DNA from: Candidatus Sericytochromatia bacterium
GTDB lineage: Bacteria > Cyanobacteriota > Sericytochromatia > S15B-MN24 > JAQBPE01
Direction: 5' to 3'
NCBI GenBank assembly: GCA_035285125.1
Contig: JAYKHR010000043.1
Span: 1 to 18,455, forward strand
Length of the DNA: 18,455 nucleotides
Below are positions 1-8,542 of this stretch, piece by piece. Positions within the stretch are counted from its first letter, which is position 1, and each line of letters starts with the position of its first letter. The position numbers and the translations under genes are program-made. Below the pieces are notes generated by a model that was not told the origin of the DNA, did no database searches, and saw nothing but the letters and a program-made list of their open reading frames with translations.

Positions 1-2
1 GG

Positions 3-965
3 GGCGAGGTGCTCGACTGGCACGTCGAGGCGGCCCCTGCCACGCCGCGGGCGGCTCACGCCGACGGGCTGCTCGCGCTGGCCTGGAGCCCCCGCGGCGA
101 CCTCCTCGCCACGGCCGGCCAGGACGCCGCGGTGCGCCTGTGGACGGCCGCCGGGGCCCTGGCTGCCGAGCTCCCGCAGCCAGATGCCTGGGTGCAGGCC
201 CTGGCCTGGTCACCCGATGGCGGCTGGCTGGCCGTGGGCTGCGGCAAGCACCTGGAGGTCTGGGACCTCGCCGGGCCCGCGCCCCGCAGCCAAGGCCGGC
301 TCGGGCCTCACGCCTCGACCATCACCGCGCTGGCCTGGCTGCCGGGAGACGGGGGCCTGGCGGTGGCGGCCTACGGCGGGGTCACGGTGTGGCCCATAGC
401 AGCCGGCAGCGGCACCCGGGAGCGCCTGGGCGACGCCAAGGCTCCCCAGCCCCGGCACCTGCCGTTCAAGGGGTCGCTGCTGACGCTCGCCGTGAGCCCG
501 GATGGGCGCTACTACGCCACGGGGAACCAGGACGGCACCGTACACCTCTGGTACGCAGCCAGCGGCGAGGACCTCGAGATGACGGGGTACCCCACCAAGG
601 TCCGCGAGCTGGCCTGGGACCCGCGCAGCCGCTTCATCGCGACGGGGGGCTCCTCCAGCGTGACCCTCTGGGACATGCGTGGCCGCGGCCCCGCCGGCTC
701 CCGCCCCCTGGTGCTCGACGCCCACGAGGACTTCGTCACGGCGATCGCCTGCCAGCCAGGCGGCGACATGCTGGCCTCGACCGCCCGCGACGGGGAGGTG
801 TGCCTGTGGCGCCCGATGCGAGGCCCGGACCTGCGTGGCCGGGACCTCCAGGCGGCGGTCACGCTGGGCGAGCCCGCCGCGGCGATGGGCTGGCGCCCGG
901 ACGGCCGACACCTCGTGGCGGCCGGGCGCGGCGGCAGGCTGCTCGCCTTCCCCGTGGCCCGGTAG
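3..965 (+). CDS. WD40-repeat (beta-propeller) protein, possibly 5'-truncated by the window edge
   Basis: Repeated WD40 blades: LAWSPRG..LATAGQDAAVRLW, LAWSPDG..VWD, LAVSPDG..ATGNQDGTVHLW, LAWDP..VTLWD, HEDFVTAIA..STARDGEVCLW. The frame is open back to the window edge; GTG at 9 is the first possible start. Confidence 0.9.
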   Translation, partial: GEVLDWHVEAAPATPRAAHADGLLALAWSPRGDLLATAGQDAAVRLWTAAGALAAELPQPDAWVQALAWSPDGGWLAVGCGKHLEVWDLAGPAPRSQGRLGPHASTITALAWLPGDGGLAVAAYGGVTVWPIAAGSGTRERLGDAKAPQPRHLPFKGSLLTLAVSPDGRYYATGNQDGTVHLWYAASGEDLEMTGYPTKVRELAWDPRSRFIATGGSSSVTLWDMRGRGPAGSRPLVLDAHEDFVTAIACQPGGDMLASTARDGEVCLWRPMRGPDLRGRDLQAAVTLGEPAAAMGWRPDGRHLVAAGRGGRLLAFPVAR

Positions 966-983
966 CCCGGAAGGAGCCCTCGG

Positions 984-1799
984 ATGACTCTCGACCCTCA
1001 AGCCACCGTTGGGCTGACGGGCGCCCTGCTGCTCGGCCTCCGGCACGGGCTGGATCCTGACCACATCGCCGCCGTGGATGCGATGACCTACCGGGCCCTC
1101 GACGAGCGGCCCCGGCTCGCCCGCTGGGCGGGCACCCTGTTCGCGCTCGGGCACGGCGGGGCGGTCGTCGTGATCGCCGTGCTGGTGGGGGCCTTGGGCG
1201 CCCGCTACCACGTCCCCCCGCCGTGGTCCCAGCTCCTCGCGTGGGCTCCCGTGGCGTTGCTGACGGCCCTCGGGCTGCTGAACCTCCGCGCCTTGCTGCG
1301 CGAGGGCAGCTACGAGCCCGCCACCGTGCGGCTCTGGCTCGTGCCCCGGGCGCTGCGCGGCAGCACCCATCCGCTCGCCATGGTGGCGGTCGGGGCCGTG
1401 CTCGGGCTCGTGTTCGACACCGCCACCCAGGCGGCCGCCTGGGGCTACGCCGCGGCGGCCCACCAGGGGGCCTGGGGCGCCCTCGCGGTGGGGCTCGCGT
1501 TCACGCTCGGCATGGTGCTGACGGACTCGCTGGATGGCCGGCTGATGTGCCGGTTCCTGCGCAGCGCCTCCTCGGACGGGGCGCGCACGTACCGACGCGC
1601 CGTCGGCTGGTTCACCGTGAGCGTGTCCTTCGCCGTGGCCGGCTACAGCGTCCTGACCGCCATCGTCCCGGGCCTGGAGCTGCCCGACGCCTGGCTGACC
1701 GGCCTCGGCGCCGCGATGGTGGCCCTGATGGCCTGCGGGGCGCTCTGGCTGTCCTGGCCGCGGCGCGCGGCCACCGGCCCCACCGACATGCCTGCCTGA
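984..1799 (+). CDS. HoxN/HupN/NixA (NiCoT) family nickel/cobalt transporter
   Basis: Signature GLRHGLDPDHIAAVD, FALGHG, LGLVFDTATQ and GMVLTDSLDG; multiple hydrophobic helices; SD GAAGGAG upstream of the ATG. Confidence 0.9.
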   Translation: MTLDPQATVGLTGALLLGLRHGLDPDHIAAVDAMTYRALDERPRLARWAGTLFALGHGGAVVVIAVLVGALGARYHVPPPWSQLLAWAPVALLTALGLLNLRALLREGSYEPATVRLWLVPRALRGSTHPLAMVAVGAVLGLVFDTATQAAAWGYAAAAHQGAWGALAVGLAFTLGMVLTDSLDGRLMCRFLRSASSDGARTYRRAVGWFTVSVSFAVAGYSVLTAIVPGLELPDAWLTGLGAAMVALMACGALWLSWPRRAATGPTDMPA

Positions 1800-1832
1800 A
1801 CCTCTCCGCCGCGACCTGAAGGAGGTCCCCCC

Positions 1833-2021
1833 TTGCCGTCCGTTCCCTCTCCCTGCACCGACCGGTGCGCCCGCGATCCCCGCTTCGGCTGGTGCGCCGG
1901 CTGCCTGCGGACCAGCGACGAGATCCGCGCCTGGCGCCACCTCGACGACCGCACGCGGCTCGCCGTGCTGGAGCAGTGCCGGCGCCGGGCCCGCCACGCG
2001 GCCCAGGTGCGCCATGGCTGA
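1833..2021 (+). CDS. DUF1289 family small cysteine-motif protein
   Basis: SPCxxxC...GWCxGCLRTxDEIxxW motif; TTG start with GAAGGAGG SD; stop overlaps the next ATG. Confidence 0.85.
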   Translation: MPSVPSPCTDRCARDPRFGWCAGCLRTSDEIRAWRHLDDRTRLAVLEQCRRRARHAAQVRHG

Positions 2022-2307
2022 GCCCATCGCCCGGCCGGGCCCAGCAGGCTACATGCGCCGCGTGGTGCAGCGGGCCTTCGACACCGGGGCGCACACCTGC
2101 GTGATGCTGCGCGGGCTGCCCGAGAGCCACTTCAACGGGCAGGTGCTCGACGTGTCCGAGGACGCCTTCTCGCTCACCCACGTGGGAGAGGAGGGTGCCT
2201 GGCGCTGGAGCTTCACCTTCGACGACGTCACCGCCGTGGGGATGCGGCTGCCGCTGCCCACCGACCCCGGCCTGGCGCCCGGTTGCCCGCGCCACGAGTC
2301 CCCCTGA
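2014..2307 (+). CDS. Hypothetical 97-aa protein, possible Sm/LSm-like fold
   Basis: Overlaps the DUF1289 stop (ATGGCTGA); GC3-rich codons; helix followed by a beta-strand pattern (CVML..F.G.V..V..D.F.L....W.F.F..V..V). Confidence 0.65.
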   Translation: MAEPIARPGPAGYMRRVVQRAFDTGAHTCVMLRGLPESHFNGQVLDVSEDAFSLTHVGEEGAWRWSFTFDDVTAVGMRLPLPTDPGLAPGCPRHESP

Positions 2308-2327
2308 TTCCACCAGAGGCCAAGCCC

Positions 2328-2807
2328 ATGACCTTCCAAGACCAGCAACTCCCGTGTGACGCCTGCGGCGGCACCTTCCCCTTCACGGCCCAGGAGGCCG
2401 CCTTCTTTGCCGAAAAGGGCTTCTCGGCCCCCAAGCGCTGCGCAGGCGCCCGGCGGGCGAAGAAGCAAGGCGTCGTCGAGCGCTACCAGGCATGTCCTTT
2501 CGGCCCCGACGGGCGCGGTCAGGGCCGCGGCCCCGGTGGCGACCGGCCGGCCCGGTCCGGTGGCGGCTTTCAGCGGCCCCAGCCCGACGTGCAGGGCACG
2601 GGCGTGTTTCTCGAGGGCGTCGTCACCAGCGTGAACGTGGACCGGGGCTTCGGCTTCATCCAGGGCAGCGACGGCCGCTCGTACTTCTTTGACGCCCGGG
2701 AGGTCGCGAGCGGGGGGTTCGAGGCCCTGCGCCGGGGCCTCACGGTTCGCTTCGAGAAGGCGCACTCGCCGCGCGGCCCCCGGGCCCGCGCCGTCGAGAC
2801 GGCCTGA
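2328..2807 (+). CDS. Zinc-ribbon (zf-trcl-like) plus cold-shock domain fusion protein
   Basis: N-terminus [36 protein letters not shown]; Gly/Arg linker; C-terminal CSD with RNP1 RGFGFI and GPRA ending. ATG 2328 has an AGAGG SD. Confidence 0.85.
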   Translation: MTFQDQQLPCDACGGTFPFTAQEAAFFAEKGFSAPKRCAGARRAKKQGVVERYQACPFGPDGRGQGRGPGGDRPARSGGGFQRPQPDVQGTGVFLEGVVTSVNVDRGFGFIQGSDGRSYFFDAREVASGGFEALRRGLTVRFEKAHSPRGPRARAVETA

Positions 2808-2839
2808 GCCCCCCAACTTCAGCAAGGAGCACCACCCCG

Positions 2840-3079
2840 ATGTCCCGCGTCTGCGCCATCTCCGGCAAGCGCCGCAACACCGCCCACAACGTCAGCCACT
2901 CGCAGGTCAAGACCAAGCGCGTGCAGCAGCCCAACCTCCAGACCAAGCGCTTCTGGCTCGCCGAGGAGGGGCGCTGGGTGCGGCTGCGCGTCTCCACCAA
3001 GGTCATGAAGACCATCGCGCGCCACGGCCTGGCCGCGACGCTCAAGCGCTACGGGGCCGACCCCGGGCTGCTGCGGTGA
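2840..3079 (+). CDS. rpmB: 50S ribosomal protein L28 (Cys-poor, non-zinc-ribbon form)
   Basis: [20 protein letters not shown]...[28 protein letters not shown] upstream. Confidence 0.95.
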   Translation: MSRVCAISGKRRNTAHNVSHSQVKTKRVQQPNLQTKRFWLAEEGRWVRLRVSTKVMKTIARHGLAATLKRYGADPGLLR

Positions 3080-4290
3080 GCGCCGTGGCACGCCAGCTGC
3101 CCGTCACCGTGCTCTCAGGCTTCCTGGGGGCCGGCAAGACCACCCTGCTCAAGCACCTGCTGGAAAACCGCGAGGGCCGACGCATCGCCGTGATCGTCAA
3201 CGACATGAGCGAGATCAACGTCGACGCGGCGCTGATCGCGCAGGAGGTGTCGCTCGACCGCGTCGACGAGAAGCTCGTCGAGATGACCAACGGCTGCATC
3301 TGCTGCACGCTGCGGGAGGACCTGCTGCGCGAGGTGCGCCGGCTCGCGGAGGCCGGCCGCTTCGACCACCTGGTCATCGAGTCGACGGGGATCTCGGAGC
3401 CGATGCCCGTGGCCGAGACCTTCGCCTTCACCGAGCCGGACGGCTCGTCGCTGGCGGACGTCGCGCGGCTCGACACGATGGTGACGGTCGTGGACGCCAC
3501 GCGCTTCCTGGCCGACTACGAGGCCGAGGACGACCTCCGGGATCGCGGCCTGGCGCTCGACGAGACGGACGGGCGCACCGTGGTGGATCTGCTCGTCGAC
3601 CAGGTCGAGTTCGCCGACGTGCTTGTCATCTCGAAGGTGGACCAGGCCCCCGCGGCACAGCTCGCGCGCCTTGAGGCCGTGCTGCGGGCCCTCAACCCGC
3701 GGGCCGCGATCGTGCAGGCGGCCCACGGGCGGGTGCCGCTGGAGCTCGTGCTGGACGCACGACGCTACGATCCCGAGGCGGCCGCCGCAGCCCCGGGCTG
3801 GATGTCGGTGCTGCGCGGGGAGGAGGTGCCCGAAAGCGAGGCCTACGGCTTCCGCTCGTTCGTCTGGCGCGCGCGTCGGCCGATGCACCCGGCGCGCTTC
3901 TGGGCGGCCATCCACGAGGCCTGGCCCGGCGTGCTGCGCTCGAAGGGCTTCTTCTGGCTGGCCTCCCGGCCCGACGTGGCCGGGCTGTGGAGCCAGGCCG
4001 GCGGTGCCTGCCAGGTCAAGCCCGGGGGCCTCTTCTGGGCGGCGGTGCCGGAGGCCGAGTGGCCCACGGAGCCGGAGGTGCGGGCCGCCATGCTGGCCTC
4101 GTTCGAGGGGCCCTGGGGCGATCGCCGGCAGGAGCTCGCGATCATCGGGGCCGGGATGGACGAGGCCGCGCTGCGGGCGATGCTCGAGGGCTGCCTGCTG
4201 ACGGACGCCGAGCTCGCGGCAGGCGTCGAGGCCTGGCGCGGCTACCCCGACCCGGTGCCGAGCTGGTCGGCGGCCGAGGCGGAGGCCTGA
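3076..4290 (+). CDS. COG0523 (CobW/ZigA/YciC-type) G3E metallochaperone GTPase
   Basis: [16 protein letters not shown]alker A, GCICC metal motif, [28 protein letters not shown], and C-terminal [19 protein letters not shown] start overlaps the rpmB stop (GTGA); alternative start at 3085. Confidence 0.95.
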   Translation: MSAVARQLPVTVLSGFLGAGKTTLLKHLLENREGRRIAVIVNDMSEINVDAALIAQEVSLDRVDEKLVEMTNGCICCTLREDLLREVRRLAEAGRFDHLVIESTGISEPMPVAETFAFTEPDGSSLADVARLDTMVTVVDATRFLADYEAEDDLRDRGLALDETDGRTVVDLLVDQVEFADVLVISKVDQAPAAQLARLEAVLRALNPRAAIVQAAHGRVPLELVLDARRYDPEAAAAAPGWMSVLRGEEVPESEAYGFRSFVWRARRPMHPARFWAAIHEAWPGVLRSKGFFWLASRPDVAGLWSQAGGACQVKPGGLFWAAVPEAEWPTEPEVRAAMLASFEGPWGDRRQELAIIGAGMDEAALRAMLEGCLLTDAELAAGVEAWRGYPDPVPSWSAAEAEA

Positions 4291-4294
4291 GGCC

Positions 4295-5467
4295 ATGCTC
4301 GACTGGCTGATCGTCGGCGGCGGCATCCACGGCACCCACCTGGCGCTGGTGCTCACGCGCGATGCGGGGGTGCCTCGCCACCGGGTGAGGGTCCTGGATC
4401 CGCACCTGGTGCCGCTGGAGGCCTGGACGCGCCGGGCCCTGAACGTCGGGATGACCCACCTGCGCTCGCCCGCGCCCTACCACCTCGACACCGACCCGAT
4501 GGCCCTCACCTACTTCGTCCGCGAGGCGGGGAGCCTGACGGAGGCCCCGTTCCTGGAGCCCTACAAGCGGCCGTCGCTGGAGCTGTTCTCAGCCCACTGC
4601 GGGCGGGTCATCGACCGCCACGGGCTGCTGGGGCTGCGCCTGAGGGGCGAGGCGCTGGCGCTGCGCGCCCACGAGGGCCACGTGGAGGTCGACACGCGCG
4701 AGGGCACCCTGCAGGCCCGGCGGGTCGTGCTGGCCATGGGGGGCTGCGAGCGGCCGGCCTGGCCGGCCTGGGCCAGCGCGCTGCGCGCGGCGGGGGCCCC
4801 CGTGGCGCACGTCTTCGAGCCCGGCTTCTCGCGGGCGGCGCTGCCCGCCTGGGAGCAGGCCGTCGTGGTCGGCGGGGGCATCTCGGCCCACCAGCTCGCG
4901 CTGGCGCTGGGCGCGCGGCAGCCGGGCCAGGTGCTGCTGGCGACCCGCCACGCCCCGCGCGTGCACCTGCTCGACAGCGACCCGGGCTGGTCGACGCCCC
5001 GCCTGCTGGGGCCGTTCCGGCAGCTGCGCGACCCTGCCGAGCGCCGGGCCGCGATCCGGGAGGCCCGGCGCCCAGGCTCCGTCCCCACGGAGGTCCACGC
5101 CGCGGCCCGCGCCGCGATCGCCGCGGGCAGCCTGGCCGTCACGACCAGCGCGATCAGCGCGGCCGTGTGGCTCGGGGGGCGGATCAACCTGGCCTTCGCC
5201 GATGGCAGCCACGTCGCCACCGACCGGGTGGTGCTGGCCACCGGCTTCAGCAGCGAGCGGCCGGGCGGCCTGCTCGTCGACGAGGCCGTGGCCCGCCACG
5301 CGCTGCCCCTCGCCCCGTGCGGCTACCCGCTGGTCGACGCGGCCCTGCGCTGGCACCCCCGCCTCCACGTGATGGGGCCCCTCGCCGAGCTCGAGGTCGG
5401 CCCGATCGCCCGCAACATCATCGGGGCCCAGCACGCGGCCGCCCGCATCGCCACGGCGGCGGCCTGA
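4295..5467 (+). CDS. FAD/NAD(P)-binding oxidoreductase (flavin monooxygenase/N-hydroxylase-like fold)
   Basis: Two Rossmann motifs (LIVGGGIHG; VVVGGGISA), HLRSP, DRVVLATGF, GPLAELEVGP; starts 4 nt after the GTPase stop. Confidence 0.85.
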   Translation: MLDWLIVGGGIHGTHLALVLTRDAGVPRHRVRVLDPHLVPLEAWTRRALNVGMTHLRSPAPYHLDTDPMALTYFVREAGSLTEAPFLEPYKRPSLELFSAHCGRVIDRHGLLGLRLRGEALALRAHEGHVEVDTREGTLQARRVVLAMGGCERPAWPAWASALRAAGAPVAHVFEPGFSRAALPAWEQAVVVGGGISAHQLALALGARQPGQVLLATRHAPRVHLLDSDPGWSTPRLLGPFRQLRDPAERRAAIREARRPGSVPTEVHAAARAAIAAGSLAVTTSAISAAVWLGGRINLAFADGSHVATDRVVLATGFSSERPGGLLVDEAVARHALPLAPCGYPLVDAALRWHPRLHVMGPLAELEVGPIARNIIGAQHAAARIATAAA

Positions 5468-5530
5468 AGGCGGCGGACCAGGGAGTCCCCCGAACCTGGC
5501 GACACGCCGAAGGGGCAGCCCACGCCCACC

Positions 5531-6857
5531 TCAGCGCGCCGGCAGCAGGCTCCCGAGCGACGCCCGCCGCACCTGGCGCGTCCCGGCATCGACGACAACC
5601 AGCTCCCCGTTGGGGGCGAAAGCGAGGCACCGGGCCGGCCCGAGGCTGTCGTCCCCCGCCTTGCCCGTGAACACGAGGCCGCCGGGCCCGCTGACGGCCG
5701 TCTCCGTCCGCGTCTCGGGGTCGAGGCGGGCGATCTGCCGGCCTACCCACGAGCGCTGCGCCTTCAGGATGTAGTACGGCGCGCCGTCGAGGCCCACGGC
5801 CAGGCCGGAGACGATCGCGCCGGGGTCGAACCAGCGATCGCCCCCCTCGGCCACGACCTCCCAGCCCTGCTCCGGGCGCCAGCGGCCGAGCCGGCCCTGG
5901 CCGTAGATCCACAGGGCCCCGCTGCCAGGGTCGAGCGCCATGGTGCAGGCCGAGAAGCTGGGCTCGCTCGCGACGTATGGGGCCTCCTCGTCGCCGCGCG
6001 GGTGGGTGGCGTACGTCGCCGGCGCCGTGAAGCGGGTCCAGCAGCATGTAGCAGCCGCCGTCCGGCAGGGGCACGAAGTCCACCAGCAACACCCCCTCAG
6101 GGGGCGTGTACAGCAAGGTGGAGGTGCCGTCGGCTCGCACCTCGAGCAGCCCGGTGCCCGCTGCCGTGGCGCCCCGCAGGTACATCTTGCCGTCCGGCCC
6201 GCCGCGCAACAGCGGCATCAGGGTGAGGAAGTCGTGCGGCGGGCGCTCCGCGATCAGCGGCTGCGCCAGGCTCCTGGCGAAGGCGTCGCCCGGCAGGGGC
6301 ACAGGGCTGATCACCCCCGTGGGGTCCACCCGCAGGAGCGCCTTGCGAAGGTCGTCCACGATCCACAGCGCGCCAGACGTGTCCACCCCGAGCCCGACGG
6401 GGTCGAGGGCCACGTCGGCCACGCGCCCTGCCACGGGGGCCTGCGGATCCAGGCCTGCGACCACCGTGGCCCCCGTCGCGCTCAGGCGGTGCACCTGCCC
6501 CTGCGCCCCCCGGGCGACCAGCAGCGACCCAGGCTCAGGGCCCCGCACCACGTGCAGGGGCCAGTCCTGCGCAGACTCGGCGCGCCAGGCCTCGTAGGGC
6601 GTCGGGCGCTCGGCGCCGGGCGGCCAGTGCAGCAGCGGGCCGACCTCGGCCTGCGCGCGCGTCGCGGCCGCGACCTCACACGGCAGGCGGTCCAGCACGG
6701 CCTGGCGCTCCGGCGCAGGTGCCACGAAGCGCTCCAGGATGTAGGCCGTGACGAGCGTCGAGAAGAGGTCGGCCTCCAGCGTCCGGCTGCGGCCATCGCG
6801 CGCGGCGATCGCCTGAAGCACGCCACGGCCACGGCCGTGCGGCTCTTTTCGCCCCAC
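5531..6857 (-). pseudogene. Frameshifted, probably truncated NHL/beta-propeller repeat protein
   Basis: The frame from 6857 has propeller-like blades (PVGLGVDTSGALWIVD; GPDGKMYL) until ~6040, then becomes Arg-rich nonsense. An adjacent frame continues (TRFTAPATY..MALDPGSGALWI..GLAVGLDG..LAFAPNGELVVVDAGTRQVRR) to a stop at 5531. No SD or signal peptide at the start. Confidence 0.7.
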
Positions 6858-6950
6858 AAGCCGGCCCGATGCGCTGCTTCACCAACGCGCAACAAGCTTT
6901 TAACAGCGCCGCAACATCCACCCGGATCCCGGCGCTGGCCTGCGCTCCGA

Positions 6951-6959
6951 TGCTATCAT
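6951..6959 (+). promoter_or_regulatory. Extended -10 promoter (TGcTATCAT), probably giving a leaderless transcript
   Basis: TGnTATCAT ends 7 nt before ATG 6967; no SD in between. Confidence 0.55.
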
Positions 6960-6966
6960 AGCCGGC

Positions 6967-8535
6967 ATGCCTCACCCCGTGCCGCCTGAGGTCGACGCCC
7001 TCGTCACCCGCCACCTCGACACCCGCTACGGCGCCCGTCAGGACGCGGCCCACCTCGAGACCTGGGCCGAGGAGGCCTTTCTGGTGCTGGGGGAGGCCGG
7101 TGTCACCCGGGGGGAGGCCGACCGCGAGGCGCTCCTGGCAGCCTGGGCTGGCATCCCGCGGGAGCGAGAACCGCAGCTGCTGGCGCCCAGCGTAGACGCG
7201 TGGCACCCCGACGGAGAGGCACGCGGCCAGGCCGTGGTCGACCTCCGCGAGGCCGTCACGGGCACGCCGCTGCGGGCCGTGTTCGGCCTGGTGCAGGAGG
7301 GGGGGGCCTGGCGCGTGGCCTTCGCGACGCTGCACGACGGCCCCCCGCAAGGCTGGGTGGCCCAGCGGATGGCGGCCCTCTCGGAGCTCGCCGGGCTCCG
7401 GGCAGCCACGCTGGAGGGCCCCGTGACCTCGCTGCTCGAGGCTGCCTACCGCCGCCTGCACCGGCTGCCGAAGACCCGCCTGCTCGCGCTGCCCGAGACG
7501 CACTTCTCATGTGCGGGCACGGGCGCTTGCTGCCGCCACGCGCTGACGATCGGGATCGATGCAGGCAGCGTCTCCTTCGTGGAGGCCGTGGACTGGGAGG
7601 CCCTGGTGCCGGGCATCGGGCCGGGTCCCTACGTCGAGCGGCTGCCCGCCGAGGCGGAGGGCCTCGTGGCCTTCAGCCACAAGCTCTCCCGGGCGGCCGA
7701 CGGACGCTGCCGGTTCCTCTCCGCCGACAACCGCTGCACGATCCACGGCCTTGCGGGGCGGGCGGTGTTCAAGCCCTGCCACGTCTTCCCGTACCGCTTC
7801 GCGCTGACGCCCGACGGCGTGTGCGTCACCGTCAACCACATGTGCCCCACGGCCCGCCTGGCGAAGGGCGCGCCCCTCGCCAGCCAGGAGCACGAGCTGC
7901 GCACGCGGCTCGCCGTCGCGGACGTGCTGCGAGCCGAGCGGCACTTCCTCCGGCCCGGCGAGGAGGTGCCCTGGGAGGCCTTCCGCACCGTGGAGGGCCA
8001 GCTGCTGGAGCTCTTGCGCGGCGACGCACCGGTGCGACGCAAGCTCTGGGTCGCCCTGCGCTGGCTGCAGGCCCGGCTGCGAGACCCCGAGGCGGGCGTC
8101 GCAGCGGGCTGGTACGACGAGCCCATCGCGAGGCTGGGCTGGCTGCAGCGGCTGGCCTTCAAGGGCTTCGGCGCGATGCTCGACCCGTGCTTCAAGGACC
8201 TGCGCGGCGTGCCGAGGGGCGATCGCCCGCTTGCAGACCACGAAGCCGAGCTCACGGGCTTCTTCCGCTCCTTGCTGTTCTCGAAGGTCACGACCTACCC
8301 CTACGGCCTGGTGGCCGGGCTCAACTACCTCGTGCTGGTCCACCACGTGCTGGAGCGCCAGGCGGCCCGCCACGCCCCACACGGCGTCTCGGAGGCCTTC
8401 TGGCGCGAGTTCTACGCCGTCGTGACCTCCGGCGTGTTCTTCCGCGTGCTCCAGGTGGCGCACCAGACGCCCGCGACCCGCCTTGCGCGCAACGTGGGGG
8501 ACCCGACGTTCGGGCTGGCGTTGTTGCAGCTTTGA
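6967..8535 (+). CDS. YkgJ/FliB-like cysteine-cluster protein with N-terminal NTF2/SnoaL-like domain
   Basis: FSCAGTGACC, CRFLSADNRCTIH, KPCHVFPY and MCP motifs; the N-terminal ~120 aa end in GLVQEGGAWRV, typical of NTF2-like folds. Confidence 0.75.
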   Translation: MPHPVPPEVDALVTRHLDTRYGARQDAAHLETWAEEAFLVLGEAGVTRGEADREALLAAWAGIPREREPQLLAPSVDAWHPDGEARGQAVVDLREAVTGTPLRAVFGLVQEGGAWRVAFATLHDGPPQGWVAQRMAALSELAGLRAATLEGPVTSLLEAAYRRLHRLPKTRLLALPETHFSCAGTGACCRHALTIGIDAGSVSFVEAVDWEALVPGIGPGPYVERLPAEAEGLVAFSHKLSRAADGRCRFLSADNRCTIHGLAGRAVFKPCHVFPYRFALTPDGVCVTVNHMCPTARLAKGAPLASQEHELRTRLAVADVLRAERHFLRPGEEVPWEAFRTVEGQLLELLRGDAPVRRKLWVALRWLQARLRDPEAGVAAGWYDEPIARLGWLQRLAFKGFGAMLDPCFKDLRGVPRGDRPLADHEAELTGFFRSLLFSKVTTYPYGLVAGLNYLVLVHHVLERQAARHAPHGVSEAFWREFYAVVTSGVFFRVLQVAHQTPATRLARNVGDPTFGLALLQL

Positions 8536-8542
8536 GTGCCCC

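Noticed and set aside
2689..3075. N-terminal extension of the COG0523 ORF across rpmB
   Set aside because: It is an off-frame read-through of the CSD and L28 genes; family similarity starts at [11 protein letters not shown].
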